Positions 1 through 20,337 of a stretch of DNA of 32,000 nt are shown here, piece after piece (positions within the stretch are counted from its first letter, which is position 1; every line of letters begins with the position of its first letter). Origin of the DNA: Prochlorococcus marinus subsp. pastoris str. CCMP1986 (GTDB taxonomy: Bacteria > Cyanobacteriota > Cyanobacteriia > PCC-6307 > Cyanobiaceae); NCBI RefSeq assembly GCF_000011465.1, contig NC_005072.1:1410001-1442000 (forward strand). The letters run 5' to 3'. The translations under genes were made by a program, and so were the position numbers. Under the pieces are notes generated by a model, which ran no database searches, was not told where the DNA came from, and saw only the letters and a list, made by a program, of their open reading frames with translations.

Positions 1-589
1 GAGCCAACTCAATTAACTTGGAATTCGTTTGATTGATAAAATACCAGTGCAAATTAATATAATCAAATAAATTTGTAGTTATCGCTTTTTCTATAAGAGA
101 TAATTCTCCATGAGTCGAAAATCCTATATATCCAATTAAATTTTCTTGTTGGAATTTTTTTAAAATATCAATACAGCCTCCATCTTTTACAGCTTGATGA
201 AGATGTTCAGGTGTATTTATGCCGTGAATTGCTAATAAATCAATTTTCTTTACTTGCAATTTTTCAAAGCTTTTCAAAAGTTCTGCTTCGAATAATTTCG
301 GATCACGATTAGGAGGGATTTTTGTTTGAATGATTTTTGGTTTTTTTTCAATACTCTTGAAACCCATACCTAACTGTATTTCTGAAGTCCCATAATACTT
401 AGCTGTCTCTATGTGATTAAAACCAAATTTATTGGCAAGATTCAATATATTTTCAACTTTATTCTGTTCTTTTCGTGAAATCTCTGAAAATTTCAATTCA
501 TCCCAACTTTTTTGAAATCTCATGCCTCCTAAGGATAAAACAGGCATTTTTAGATTGGTTCTACCAAATCTGCGACAAGGCAACTCCAT
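1..589 (-). CDS. Aldo/keto reductase, 3' end truncated by the window edge
   Basis: Reverse-strand reading MELPCRRFGRTNLKMPVLSLGGMRFQKSWDELKF...NLANKFGFNHIETAKYYGTSEIQLGMGFK...KIDLLAIHGINTPEHL...IGYIGFSTHGELSLIEKA; matches aldo/keto reductase family pattern. Open to base 1, so absent from the ORF track. Confidence 0.85.
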   Translation of the reverse strand, partial: MELPCRRFGRTNLKMPVLSLGGMRFQKSWDELKFSEISRKEQNKVENILNLANKFGFNHIETAKYYGTSEIQLGMGFKSIEKKPKIIQTKIPPNRDPKLFEAELLKSFEKLQVKKIDLLAIHGINTPEHLHQAVKDGGCIDILKKFQQENLIGYIGFSTHGELSLIEKAITTNLFDYINLHWYFINQTNSKLIELA

Positions 590-595
590 TAGAAA

Positions 596-961
596 TTAAT
601 GCTTATTCATTCTTGGTAGTTTTCCTAGTGATTGAAACATATCCCTATCAAGACTACTTTCTAGATCTTCTAAGTTTCCAAATTCAACCCAATGAATACA
701 ATCCACTGGACAAGTATCAATAGCTTCTTGCACCGTTTCAAGATTATCTCCATCTTGTCTTATTGCTCTACTCCGTCCATAATCATCATCAACTACAAAA
801 GTATTAGTAGCTACATGAGCACAATATCTACAACCTATACATCTACTTTCATCAACCCAAACTGCTTTTTCAGTTAATTCTCCTCCTAGGACAGGCTCAT
901 AACCTGTTAGTTCTTTAGTTTCAACATAATTATCAAATGCACTTAAGGAATTACTATCCAA
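596..961 (-). CDS. Ferredoxin-like iron-sulfur protein (4Fe-4S type)
   Basis: 121 aa with CIGCRYCAHVATNTFVVDDDYGRSRA...AIDTCPVDCIHWVEF, a ferredoxin cysteine pattern. Confidence 0.85.
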   Translation of the reverse strand: MDSNSLSAFDNYVETKELTGYEPVLGGELTEKAVWVDESRCIGCRYCAHVATNTFVVDDDYGRSRAIRQDGDNLETVQEAIDTCPVDCIHWVEFGNLEDLESSLDRDMFQSLGKLPRMNKH

Positions 962-964
962 TTA

Positions 965-1357
965 TTAACTTTCCCACTTAGTGAGAACCAATTCGATAGA
1001 TCCATCATTTTTGTTTTTTTGTTCAACTATTTGGTATCCGTCCTCTTTTGTTTTAGAAATAATTGTATGGTAAGCATACATTTGAGTAACTTTTGAAATG
1101 AACCTTTCAACCGGTAAATCAAACTTCCAAAGGTCGAGATCAGTAACTAATTCATAAGAGTTAGAGTTATTATCCCATTTGAATCCAACTTTTGTTTCGC
1201 TAGGCAAATCCATGCTTATATCAACAGCTGTAAATTGTCCTCTGTAACCTTTGACAAACTTTTTTTCCTGATTTACTACGTAACCTAGTTGGTCTAAAGC
1301 TTTAATAAGTGGTTTTACTTCCTTAAGTTGAGTTTTGATAGTACTAAAATGTGACAT
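965..1357 (-). CDS. ycf35: DUF1257 / Ycf35 family protein
   Basis: 130 aa MSHFSTIKTQLKEVKPLIKALDQLGYVV...GYRGQFTAVDI...DKVGFKWD-type sequence typical of Ycf35/DUF1257; sits directly upstream of the ferredoxin gene. Confidence 0.8.
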   Translation of the reverse strand: MSHFSTIKTQLKEVKPLIKALDQLGYVVNQEKKFVKGYRGQFTAVDISMDLPSETKVGFKWDNNSNSYELVTDLDLWKFDLPVERFISKVTQMYAYHTIISKTKEDGYQIVEQKNKNDGSIELVLTKWES

Positions 1358-1568
1358 TAGATTCGTTGTTAATTTGATTTGATTTTTCGCTTTGGTTAGA
1401 GATAAATGCCTCTGAGGTTTTATTCTTGACTTTTACTTCCCCAAGAGCGTCTTCAACATTTTTTGTTGCACTATTACATGCATTGCCGTTGAATCCTTCA
1501 ACAGTTTCTTCAACTCTTCCATCTTGATGAATTTTGAATCTTAATGTTCTTTGAGGCATTAAAATCAA
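1344..1568 (-). CDS. DUF2997 family small protein; likely start at the internal Met (MPQRTLRFKI, 1559)
   Basis: MPQRTLRFKIHQDGRVEETVEGFNGNACNSATKNVEDALGEVK; short DUF2997-like protein overlapping the DUF1257 start by 14 nt. Confidence 0.7.
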   Translation of the reverse strand: MILMPQRTLRFKIHQDGRVEETVEGFNGNACNSATKNVEDALGEVKVKNKTSEAFISNQSEKSNQINNESNVTF

Positions 1569-1677
1569 GTACTAAGTACTAATACTTTATACACGATAAC
1601 GAAAAAAATTTGTTTCAGTTGGTACAAGTTAATTAAAATATATTTTTTTATATTGATTACTTAATAAATATAAAACT

Positions 1678-2454
1678 CTATTTATAAAACCCTTTCATCC
1701 CCATTGAATCTAAAGCAGTTTTAGCTTCTTCCATAACTGAAGGTTCTTTATCAAAAAGAGCAATTTTTGTACATTCATCAACAAAACTCTCTTGCGAAAT
1801 TTCATTTAATTTTTCAAACAATCTACATAAAGACCATATACAGTTACTTCTTACCACGGGCTCATTATCTATTTTTAAGCTAATTAATAATTGTTCAGCC
1901 GCTAATTGAGCGTTAAAGGATGAAGTACTTCCAATTTCCGCTAGAGAACTAGATGACCATAATCTTACTGAAGCCACATCATTTTTCAATGAGTTTATTA
2001 ATGGCTTCAAAACAATTTCATTATCATAATTAGCTAGACTCCAAGCAGTAGCTCTTCTTACATATGCATTGTCGTCTGTTTCTAATAGACTGACTAATTT
2101 TTCTACTGCGCTAGGAAATGGATTTCTACCTAAAGCATATACAGCACTCATTCGTTCTACTGGGCAAGGTTGATCAAGTAAAGGAAGTAAAAGAGGGAAA
2201 GATCTTTTATCTCGATATTCACAAAATATTCTTAAGCCTTGAATTCTTTGCTCTCTGTCACCCTTAAGTAATTTCAAGGCTTCATCGCATTCTAAATTTT
2301 TATCTAAAGTTCCTCTTGAGAAACCATCTTTATCAATCTGTTCTAAAGGATCAATTTCGAGCTCTACAGATAATTCTTTAGCTAAAACATCTGGATCTAT
2401 TGCTATTTCTGCCAAACTTTCATTTTGTATATCCTTTCTTTTAGTCATTATCAA
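1678..2454 (-). CDS. HEAT-repeat protein (PBS-lyase-like HEAT repeats)
   Basis: 258 aa with repeated ...VERMSAVYALGR.../...YVRRATAWSLANY.../...SVRLWSSSSLAEIG... helical repeat units. Confidence 0.8.
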   Translation of the reverse strand: MIMTKRKDIQNESLAEIAIDPDVLAKELSVELEIDPLEQIDKDGFSRGTLDKNLECDEALKLLKGDREQRIQGLRIFCEYRDKRSFPLLLPLLDQPCPVERMSAVYALGRNPFPSAVEKLVSLLETDDNAYVRRATAWSLANYDNEIVLKPLINSLKNDVASVRLWSSSSLAEIGSTSSFNAQLAAEQLLISLKIDNEPVVRSNCIWSLCRLFEKLNEISQESFVDECTKIALFDKEPSVMEEAKTALDSMGMKGFYK

Positions 2455-2467
2455 ATAATAATAAAGA

Positions 2468-2593
2468 TTAATTAATCGGAGCAGGTGACATCATATCTCC
2501 AGGTAGCCAAATCCTTGCACTAACAGCAAAAAAAGCAACGCCGAATAAACTAACAATTGCAAAAGGTAAAAGTTTAGTTCTAATAAATCCCAA
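2468..2593 (-). CDS. Small conserved-looking single-TM protein, probable TTG start
   Basis: Reverse reading (M)GFIRTKLLPFAIVSLFGVAFFAVSARIWLPGDMMSPAPIN-stop; hydrophobic core plus distinctive polar tail; no ATG available in frame; preceded by an 8-T run. Confidence 0.5.
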   Translation of the reverse strand: MGFIRTKLLPFAIVSLFGVAFFAVSARIWLPGDMMSPAPIN

Positions 2594-2663
2594 TAATAAA
2601 AAAAAGAATTAAATCAATAATAACGTGTTTAAGTTAAATTTAATAAAAAGTTTTTAAATATGA

Positions 2664-3731
<1,068 letters not shown>

Positions 3732-3740
3732 TTAGGAGCA

Positions 3741-3896
<156 letters not shown>

Positions 3897-3942
3897 TTAA
3901 AATTTAAAATAGCATTCTAGTATCTGAAAATGAGAATAGCCT

Positions 3943-8061
<4,119 letters not shown>

Positions 8062-8076
8062 TTAGTTTTTTAAGGA

Positions 8077-13313
<5,237 letters not shown>

Positions 13314-13551
13314 CCAAGAAAACCCGCCATTATGTAAGATTTGCTAATTACCATAAATTTGACTTAACTTTTAGAAAAATAATCAAAACTTTTAGAGTGA
13401 AATCGAGATTTTAGTCTTGAATTCAACAAATATCTAGATTATTATTAGCTGAAATGATCAAAGATAAAGGTTATAAAACCACACTTTAATAAGCTGTTTA
13501 CTAATAATTAAGAAAAAAATCCAGTAATTTTTAATATTAACAGATTATATG

Positions 13552-14346
13552 TTAATTTATCAAGTCAAATTTAAACAAATCTTCAGCATTCCTAGAAGAC
13601 TCATCTGCAATACTTTTCAAGTCTGAAGATCTTAAACTGGCTATAGATTTAGCTACACTTTCAACAAAAGCTGGCTCATTTCTTTTCCCTCGATATGGGA
13701 CAGGGGCTAAAAAGGGAGCATCTGTTTCAATTAAATATCTATCACTCGGAACAATTCTTGCGCATTCATGAATTTCGTATGCTTTTGGGAATGTAACTAT
13801 CCCACTAAAACTTATATAAAATCCTAGATCTAAAAATTGCTTCATCTCATCTGGAGTGCCACTCCAACAGTGCAAAACTCCTTTAGGACATATACCTTGT
13901 TTAGATAAATCGTGACATATTTTTATCATCTCATTTGCAGCTTCTCTACAATGGATAATGACGGGCAAGTCAAGTTCGCAGGCTAAATGCATTTGTGGAA
14001 CAAGCGCATCTATCTGTTTATTTGTATTATCACTTTTAAAAAAATCTAATCCTAATTCACCAATAGCAACAACTCTTGAATCACATTGGGCTGCATCTTT
14101 CATTATGGATTTAGAATTACATTCCCATTTGTTAGCTTCAAGAGGATGTAAACCAACTGAGTAATACAATTCATCAAATCTTCGAGATATATTTTTTAAT
14201 TTAGGAATTTCTGATAATTCACAACATGCATGGAGCAATTTTTTTACACCTATTGAACGCCATCTTGAAACAACTTCTTCAAGATCCTCTTCAAAATTTT
14301 CAAATATCAAATGACAATGAGAATCAATCAGTTCAATATTGTTCAT
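13552..14346 (-). CDS. tatD: TatD-family metal-dependent hydrolase/DNase
   Basis: 264 aa; IDSHCHL, AIGELGLDFF, VIIHCREA, GVLHCWSG, ETDAPFLAPVPYRGKRNEP signature segments. Confidence 0.92.
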   Translation of the reverse strand: MNNIELIDSHCHLIFENFEEDLEEVVSRWRSIGVKKLLHACCELSEIPKLKNISRRFDELYYSVGLHPLEANKWECNSKSIMKDAAQCDSRVVAIGELGLDFFKSDNTNKQIDALVPQMHLACELDLPVIIHCREAANEMIKICHDLSKQGICPKGVLHCWSGTPDEMKQFLDLGFYISFSGIVTFPKAYEIHECARIVPSDRYLIETDAPFLAPVPYRGKRNEPAFVESVAKSIASLRSSDLKSIADESSRNAEDLFKFDLIN

Positions 14347-14352
14347 TTTTAC

Positions 14353-14646
14353 TTACTTACTTGTAAGAAAATCTTTAACTACTTTGTTGATTTTTGATTT
14401 TTTGTTAGCACCGTTATTCTTATGTAGAACATTCTTTTTGACTGCCTTATCAATAAGACTGAAGGCTTGATTTACACTAACAAGAACTAGATCTTTGTTA
14501 TCTGAATTAGGTTCTTGCTTATATTTCTCACAGTTAGCTAATGTTTTTTTTGTTAGCGTTCTAACTGTTGATTTATATGATTTATTAACTAAACGATTTC
14601 TCTCAGCAACTTGAATTCTTTTTTTCGCTGATTTGTTATTGGCCAC
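14353..14646 (-). CDS. rpsT: 30S ribosomal protein S20
   Basis: 97 aa; MANNKSAKKRIQVAERNRLVNKSYKSTVRTLTKK...NKKSKINK pattern of bS20. Confidence 0.93.
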   Translation of the reverse strand: MANNKSAKKRIQVAERNRLVNKSYKSTVRTLTKKTLANCEKYKQEPNSDNKDLVLVSVNQAFSLIDKAVKKNVLHKNNGANKKSKINKVVKDFLTSK

Positions 14647-14768
14647 AGAAATTAGAATAAAATATAGATTTATATTATATCAAATAGATAGACTACTAAT
14701 CAATAATATATAATTTAGATCAGTGAGTTACGTTATTAATTAATTGAATTTAAATAAGTATTAAGAAT

Positions 14769-16055
14769 ATGAAGATTATAAATAGTAAACAAAAAGCTCT
14801 CCAAGAGTTGAGAAGAATTTCTCAAAGAACTACATCTGGAGACAATAAAAAAATAAATTCAATTGTTGAAAATATTCTTCAAGAGGTGAAATTTCATGGA
14901 GATATAGCTGTAGAAAAATATACAAAAAAATTTGATGGATTTTATCCTAAACCAATGCAAGTAAGTACTAGGGATTTAAAAACTGCATGGGAAGAGACAG
15001 ATCAGCATTTAAAGAAATCATTAGAAGTTGCCTATCAAAGAATAAAAAAATTCCATGAAAAAGAAATCCCTGAATCGTTTACTATAAAGGGAGAATTTGG
15101 TGACTCCGTCCAAAGAAGATGGATGCCTGTAAAAAATGCTGGTTTATATATTCCTGGTGGGAGAGCGGCATATCCAAGTACAGTTTTAATGAATGCGATA
15201 CCTGCAAAAGTAGCTGGAGTTAAAGAAATTTCAATGGTATCGCCTGGAAACGAAAAAGGAAAAATAAATACAACTGTTTTAGCTGCTGCTTACTTATCAG
15301 GGGTTGATAAAGTTTTTAGAATTGGTGGAGCACAGGCAATTGGCGCATTAGCATTTGGCACAAAGCAAATAAATAAAGTTGATGTAATTTCGGGACCTGG
15401 AAATATCTATGTAACCACTGCTAAAAAGTTAATTTACGGATTTACTGGAATTGATTCCTTAGCCGGTCCAAGTGAAATTTTAATCATCGCCGATAGAACA
15501 GCCAACAGCTCTCAAATAGCATCAGATTTATTAGCACAAGCCGAGCATGATCCATTAGCTTCCTCAATACTTTTGACCACATCAAATGATCAAGCTCAAG
15601 AAGTTTTTGATGAAGTCTTTAAGATAATAGAGAATCACCCCAGAAAAGAAATTTGCATTCAATCAATTAAGAATTGGGGATTAATTGCTATTTGCGAAAA
15701 TTTAGAATCATGTGTTGAACTAAGTAATGAGTTTGCCCCAGAACATTTAGAAATAATTACTATTGATCCAAAAACGACGCTCAAGTCTATTGAAAATGCA
15801 GGTGCGATATTTTTAGGAAAATGGACACCGGAGGCTGTAGGTGATTATTTAGCTGGACCAAACCATACTTTACCAACATGTGGGAATGCGAGGTTTAGTG
15901 GTTCCTTAGGAGTTGAAACTTTCATGAAGAATTCTTCAATAATTGAATTTAATGAAAAAAGTTTAAAAATTAACAGCGTGGATATTATAAATTTGGCAAA
16001 TAGTGAGGGTTTACATAGTCATGCAAATTCAGTAAAAATTAGATTTGAAGATTAA
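14769..16055 (+). CDS. hisD: Histidinol dehydrogenase
   Basis: 428 aa; [69 protein letters not shown]. Confidence 0.96.
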   Translation: MKIINSKQKALQELRRISQRTTSGDNKKINSIVENILQEVKFHGDIAVEKYTKKFDGFYPKPMQVSTRDLKTAWEETDQHLKKSLEVAYQRIKKFHEKEIPESFTIKGEFGDSVQRRWMPVKNAGLYIPGGRAAYPSTVLMNAIPAKVAGVKEISMVSPGNEKGKINTTVLAAAYLSGVDKVFRIGGAQAIGALAFGTKQINKVDVISGPGNIYVTTAKKLIYGFTGIDSLAGPSEILIIADRTANSSQIASDLLAQAEHDPLASSILLTTSNDQAQEVFDEVFKIIENHPRKEICIQSIKNWGLIAICENLESCVELSNEFAPEHLEIITIDPKTTLKSIENAGAIFLGKWTPEAVGDYLAGPNHTLPTCGNARFSGSLGVETFMKNSSIIEFNEKSLKINSVDIINLANSEGLHSHANSVKIRFED

Positions 16056-16765
16056 CTTCTCCTAGAAGGTGAAAATAATACTGGAACGTCATCTTCAATT
16101 TTACCCACCAAAACCTTATCTGCTAAATCAACAAATAATCCATTTTCCAAGACTCCAGGAATATTATTAATACGCATTTCTAAATCTTTTGGATCTCTTA
16201 TGCCAGCATCAAATAAAACATCCAAAATCAAATTACCTTGATCCGTGACAACTGGGCCTGCTTTTTTTGTTGCCATCCTTAAATTAGAAACTCCACTCAT
16301 TTCTGAAATTATATCCTTCACCTGCTTCCACGCAGAAGGCATAACCTCCACAGGGAGAGGGAAAACTTGGTTTAAATTTTGCACTAACTTTGATTCATCA
16401 ATAACAATTAATAATTTATTTGCTTTAGATGCAACCAATTTTTCTCGGACATGGCAAGCTCCCCCACCCTTGATGAGTTGAAAGTCAGGATCTACTTCAT
16501 CCGCTCCATCAATGGCTAAATCAATGTAAGGAACTGAAGCTAAATCAATTAAAGGGATATTGAGTTCTAATGCAAGCACCTCTGATTGAAAGGAAGTCGG
16601 GACTCCTTTAATATTTTTTAATTTGCCTGATCTGATTTTTTCAGCAAGACTTTTTATCATAAGTGCTGCTGTTGATCCAGATCCTAAACCTAAGATCATT
16701 CCATCTTCTACTTCTTCAATAGCTGAGTCAGCAACTATTTGTTTCATCTGAGTCTGTAAATCCAA
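16052..16765 (-). CDS. rpiA: Ribose-5-phosphate isomerase A
   Basis: 237 aa; [49 protein letters not shown]. Confidence 0.95.
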   Translation of the reverse strand: MDLQTQMKQIVADSAIEEVEDGMILGLGSGSTAALMIKSLAEKIRSGKLKNIKGVPTSFQSEVLALELNIPLIDLASVPYIDLAIDGADEVDPDFQLIKGGGACHVREKLVASKANKLLIVIDESKLVQNLNQVFPLPVEVMPSAWKQVKDIISEMSGVSNLRMATKKAGPVVTDQGNLILDVLFDAGIRDPKDLEMRINNIPGVLENGLFVDLADKVLVGKIEDDVPVLFSPSRRS

Positions 16766-16812
16766 AATGTTTTGAACAAGAGTTTATAGATTATTAAATT
16801 TCAACAGATGCT

Positions 16813-17964
<1,152 letters not shown>

Positions 17965-18100
17965 TCAGAATTTAATTGAATAAGATTCCTAGTGTTGTTT
18001 TTTTGTTAACATCCATAAAATACACATTACAAAAACTTATTTTCAAAAAACTTTTTGATATGTGAAAATAATCAATTATTAAACAAAAACTTAAAATAAA

Positions 18101-18568
18101 TTGGATAAGGAATGTAAAAGCAACTTAGAAAGTCTTCTTCAAGGAGTCGCTAAAGAATTTAACCTAAAGATTCATAGTTTAGATATACTGACAAATCAAA
18201 ATCCTATTATTGTAAAAATTATTATTTGCAAAACTAACAAAGATGATATTACTTTAGATGACTGTTCAAGATTCAATAACCCTGCTATTAGTGTGATTGA
18301 GAATTCAAATCTTTTAAATTGTTCATATGTTTTAGAAATTAGTAGTCAAGGTGTCAGTGATGAATTAACCTCAGAAAGAGACTTCAAAACTTTTAAAGGT
18401 TTTCCAGTTAATGTTGAGTTAAACCAAAAAAATTCTCAAATAAAATTTTTGAACGGTTTACTTTATGAAAAGTCTAAAGATTATTTAGCCATTAACATTA
18501 AAGGTAAGATTAAAAAAATTCCCTTTAATGAAGTATTAAAGGTTAGTCTTTGCACTTTTAAAGACTAA
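18101..18568 (+). CDS. rimP: Ribosome maturation factor RimP, TTG start
   Basis: 155 aa immediately upstream of nusA; [16 protein letters not shown]...[28 protein letters not shown] matches the RimP signature SSPGLDR..L variant. Confidence 0.85.
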   Translation: MDKECKSNLESLLQGVAKEFNLKIHSLDILTNQNPIIVKIIICKTNKDDITLDDCSRFNNPAISVIENSNLLNCSYVLEISSQGVSDELTSERDFKTFKGFPVNVELNQKNSQIKFLNGLLYEKSKDYLAINIKGKIKKIPFNEVLKVSLCTFKD

Positions 18569-18604
18569 TTAATTATCAACTCTTATTCATTTTACCCATC
18601 ATAG

Positions 18605-20008
18605 ATGGCATTAGTAATTCTCCCAGGTTTAAACAATCTTATTGAAGACATAAGTGAGGAAAAAAAATTACCTCCTCACGTTGTGGAATTAGCTTTACGT
18701 GAAGCTTTGCTTAAAGGTTACGAAAAATACCGAAAAACTTTCTACATTGGAGTGAAAGAAGATCCATTTGATGAAGAATATTTTAGTAATTTTGATGTAG
18801 GATTCGATCTAGACGAAGAGGGTTATCGAATTTTATCGAGTAAAATTATTGTTGAAAATGTTGAAAGCGAAGATCATCAAATATCTCTTCAAGAAGTTAA
18901 ACAAGTTGCTGATGATGCTCAAATAGGCGATACCGTCGTTTTAGATGTCACTCCCGAAAAAGAGGATTTTGGTAGAATGGCCGCCTCAACAACTAAGCAA
19001 GTATTGGCTCAAAAGTTGAGAGACCAACAAAGGAAAATGATTCAGGAAGAATTCGCAGATTTGGAAGATCCTGTTTTAACTGCAAGAGTTATTAGATTTG
19101 AGAGACAGTCAGTAATTATGGGGGTTAGCTCAGGAATCGGGAGACCAGAAGTAGAAGCAGAACTTCCTAAAAGGGATCAATTACCTAATGACAATTATAG
19201 AGCTAACGCTACATTCAAAGTTTTTCTTAAAGAAGTTAGCGAAGTAGCTAGAAAAGGTCCTCAACTTTTTGTAAGTAGAGCTAATGCTGGTCTAGTGGTT
19301 TATTTATTCGAAAATGAAGTCCCAGAAATTCAAGAAGGCACAGTCAAAATTGTTGCTGTTTCGAGAGAAGCAAATCCTCCTTCAAGAGCTGTTGGGCCAA
19401 GGACTAAAGTTGCCGTAGATAGTATTGAAAGAGAAGTTGATCCAGTCGGAGCTTGCATTGGAGCTAGAGGAGCAAGAATTCAACAAGTAGTTAATGAATT
19501 AAGGGGAGAAAAAATAGATGTTATAAAGTGGTCATCTGACCCTATTCAGTACATACTAAATTCTTTGAGTCCAGCTAAAGTTGATCTTGTCAGACTTGTT
19601 GATCCAGAAGGACAACATGCTCATGTTTTAGTTCCCCCTGATCAATTAAGTCTTGCCATAGGAAGAGAAGGTCAAAATGTTCGTCTTGCTGCTAGGTTAA
19701 CAGGCTGGAAAATAGACGTTAAAAACTCCTATGAATATGATCAGGAGACTGAAGACTCTGCAGTAGCAGAATTAATTGTTCAAAGGGAGGAAGAAGAGAA
19801 TCTTCAAAGAGAAGCTGAACAGAGATTGGAGGCTGAGCAAGCAGAAAGAGCTGCAGAAGATAAAAGACTAAGGGAACTTTACCCTTTACCTGAAGATGAT
19901 GAAGAATATGGAGATGAACTATACGAAGAAGAAACTCGTTCAGAAAACGACCAAACAGAAAACTTGAAACAAGAGGAACTATTGTCTAAAGAGGAGAACA
20001 CACGGTGA
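18605..20008 (+). CDS. nusA: Transcription termination/antitermination factor NusA
   Basis: 467 aa; GDTVVLDVTPEKEDFGRMAASTTKQVLAQKLRD, PVGACIGARGARIQQVVNELRGEKIDVI, LSLAIGREGQNVRLAARLTGWKIDV; acidic C-terminal tail. Confidence 0.96.
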   Translation: MALVILPGLNNLIEDISEEKKLPPHVVELALREALLKGYEKYRKTFYIGVKEDPFDEEYFSNFDVGFDLDEEGYRILSSKIIVENVESEDHQISLQEVKQVADDAQIGDTVVLDVTPEKEDFGRMAASTTKQVLAQKLRDQQRKMIQEEFADLEDPVLTARVIRFERQSVIMGVSSGIGRPEVEAELPKRDQLPNDNYRANATFKVFLKEVSEVARKGPQLFVSRANAGLVVYLFENEVPEIQEGTVKIVAVSREANPPSRAVGPRTKVAVDSIEREVDPVGACIGARGARIQQVVNELRGEKIDVIKWSSDPIQYILNSLSPAKVDLVRLVDPEGQHAHVLVPPDQLSLAIGREGQNVRLAARLTGWKIDVKNSYEYDQETEDSAVAELIVQREEEENLQREAEQRLEAEQAERAAEDKRLRELYPLPEDDEEYGDELYEEETRSENDQTENLKQEELLSKEENTR

Positions 20009-20265
20009 TACAGAAATCTCCTGTTATGCGTAAGTGCATTTCTTGCAGGACAACTTTTGATAGAAATAATCTTTTGAAGATTACTAATGATCATAAGTTA
20101 GGAATAATGCTTAACCAAGGTATTGGTCGTTCTGCTTACATTTGTAAGTCAAAAAAGTGTTACACAGATTCTAAACTTAAAAAAAAGCTTCAAAAAGCTT
20201 TAAAAGGCATTTTAAATCCTGAATTTATTGATATTTTTGAAAGGGAAATTGCAAACTATAAATAA
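20005..20265 (+). CDS. ylxR: YlxR-family (DUF448) protein, GTG start overlapping nusA stop
   Basis: 86 aa; MRKCISCRTTFDRNNLLKI...GRSAYICKSKKC; located between nusA and infB as expected. Confidence 0.88.
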   Translation: MIQKSPVMRKCISCRTTFDRNNLLKITNDHKLGIMLNQGIGRSAYICKSKKCYTDSKLKKKLQKALKGILNPEFIDIFEREIANYK

Positions 20266-20337
20266 CTATCCCAAAAGGGCATATAATTAAAATTATATTC
20301 TTCCAAAATTTCTTAAAAAGAGTAACATTCAGATTAA

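Noticed and set aside
475-877. Plus-strand ORFs 475..723 and 692..877
   Set aside because: Antisense to the aldo/keto reductase and ferredoxin coding sequences; low-complexity hydrophobic translations.
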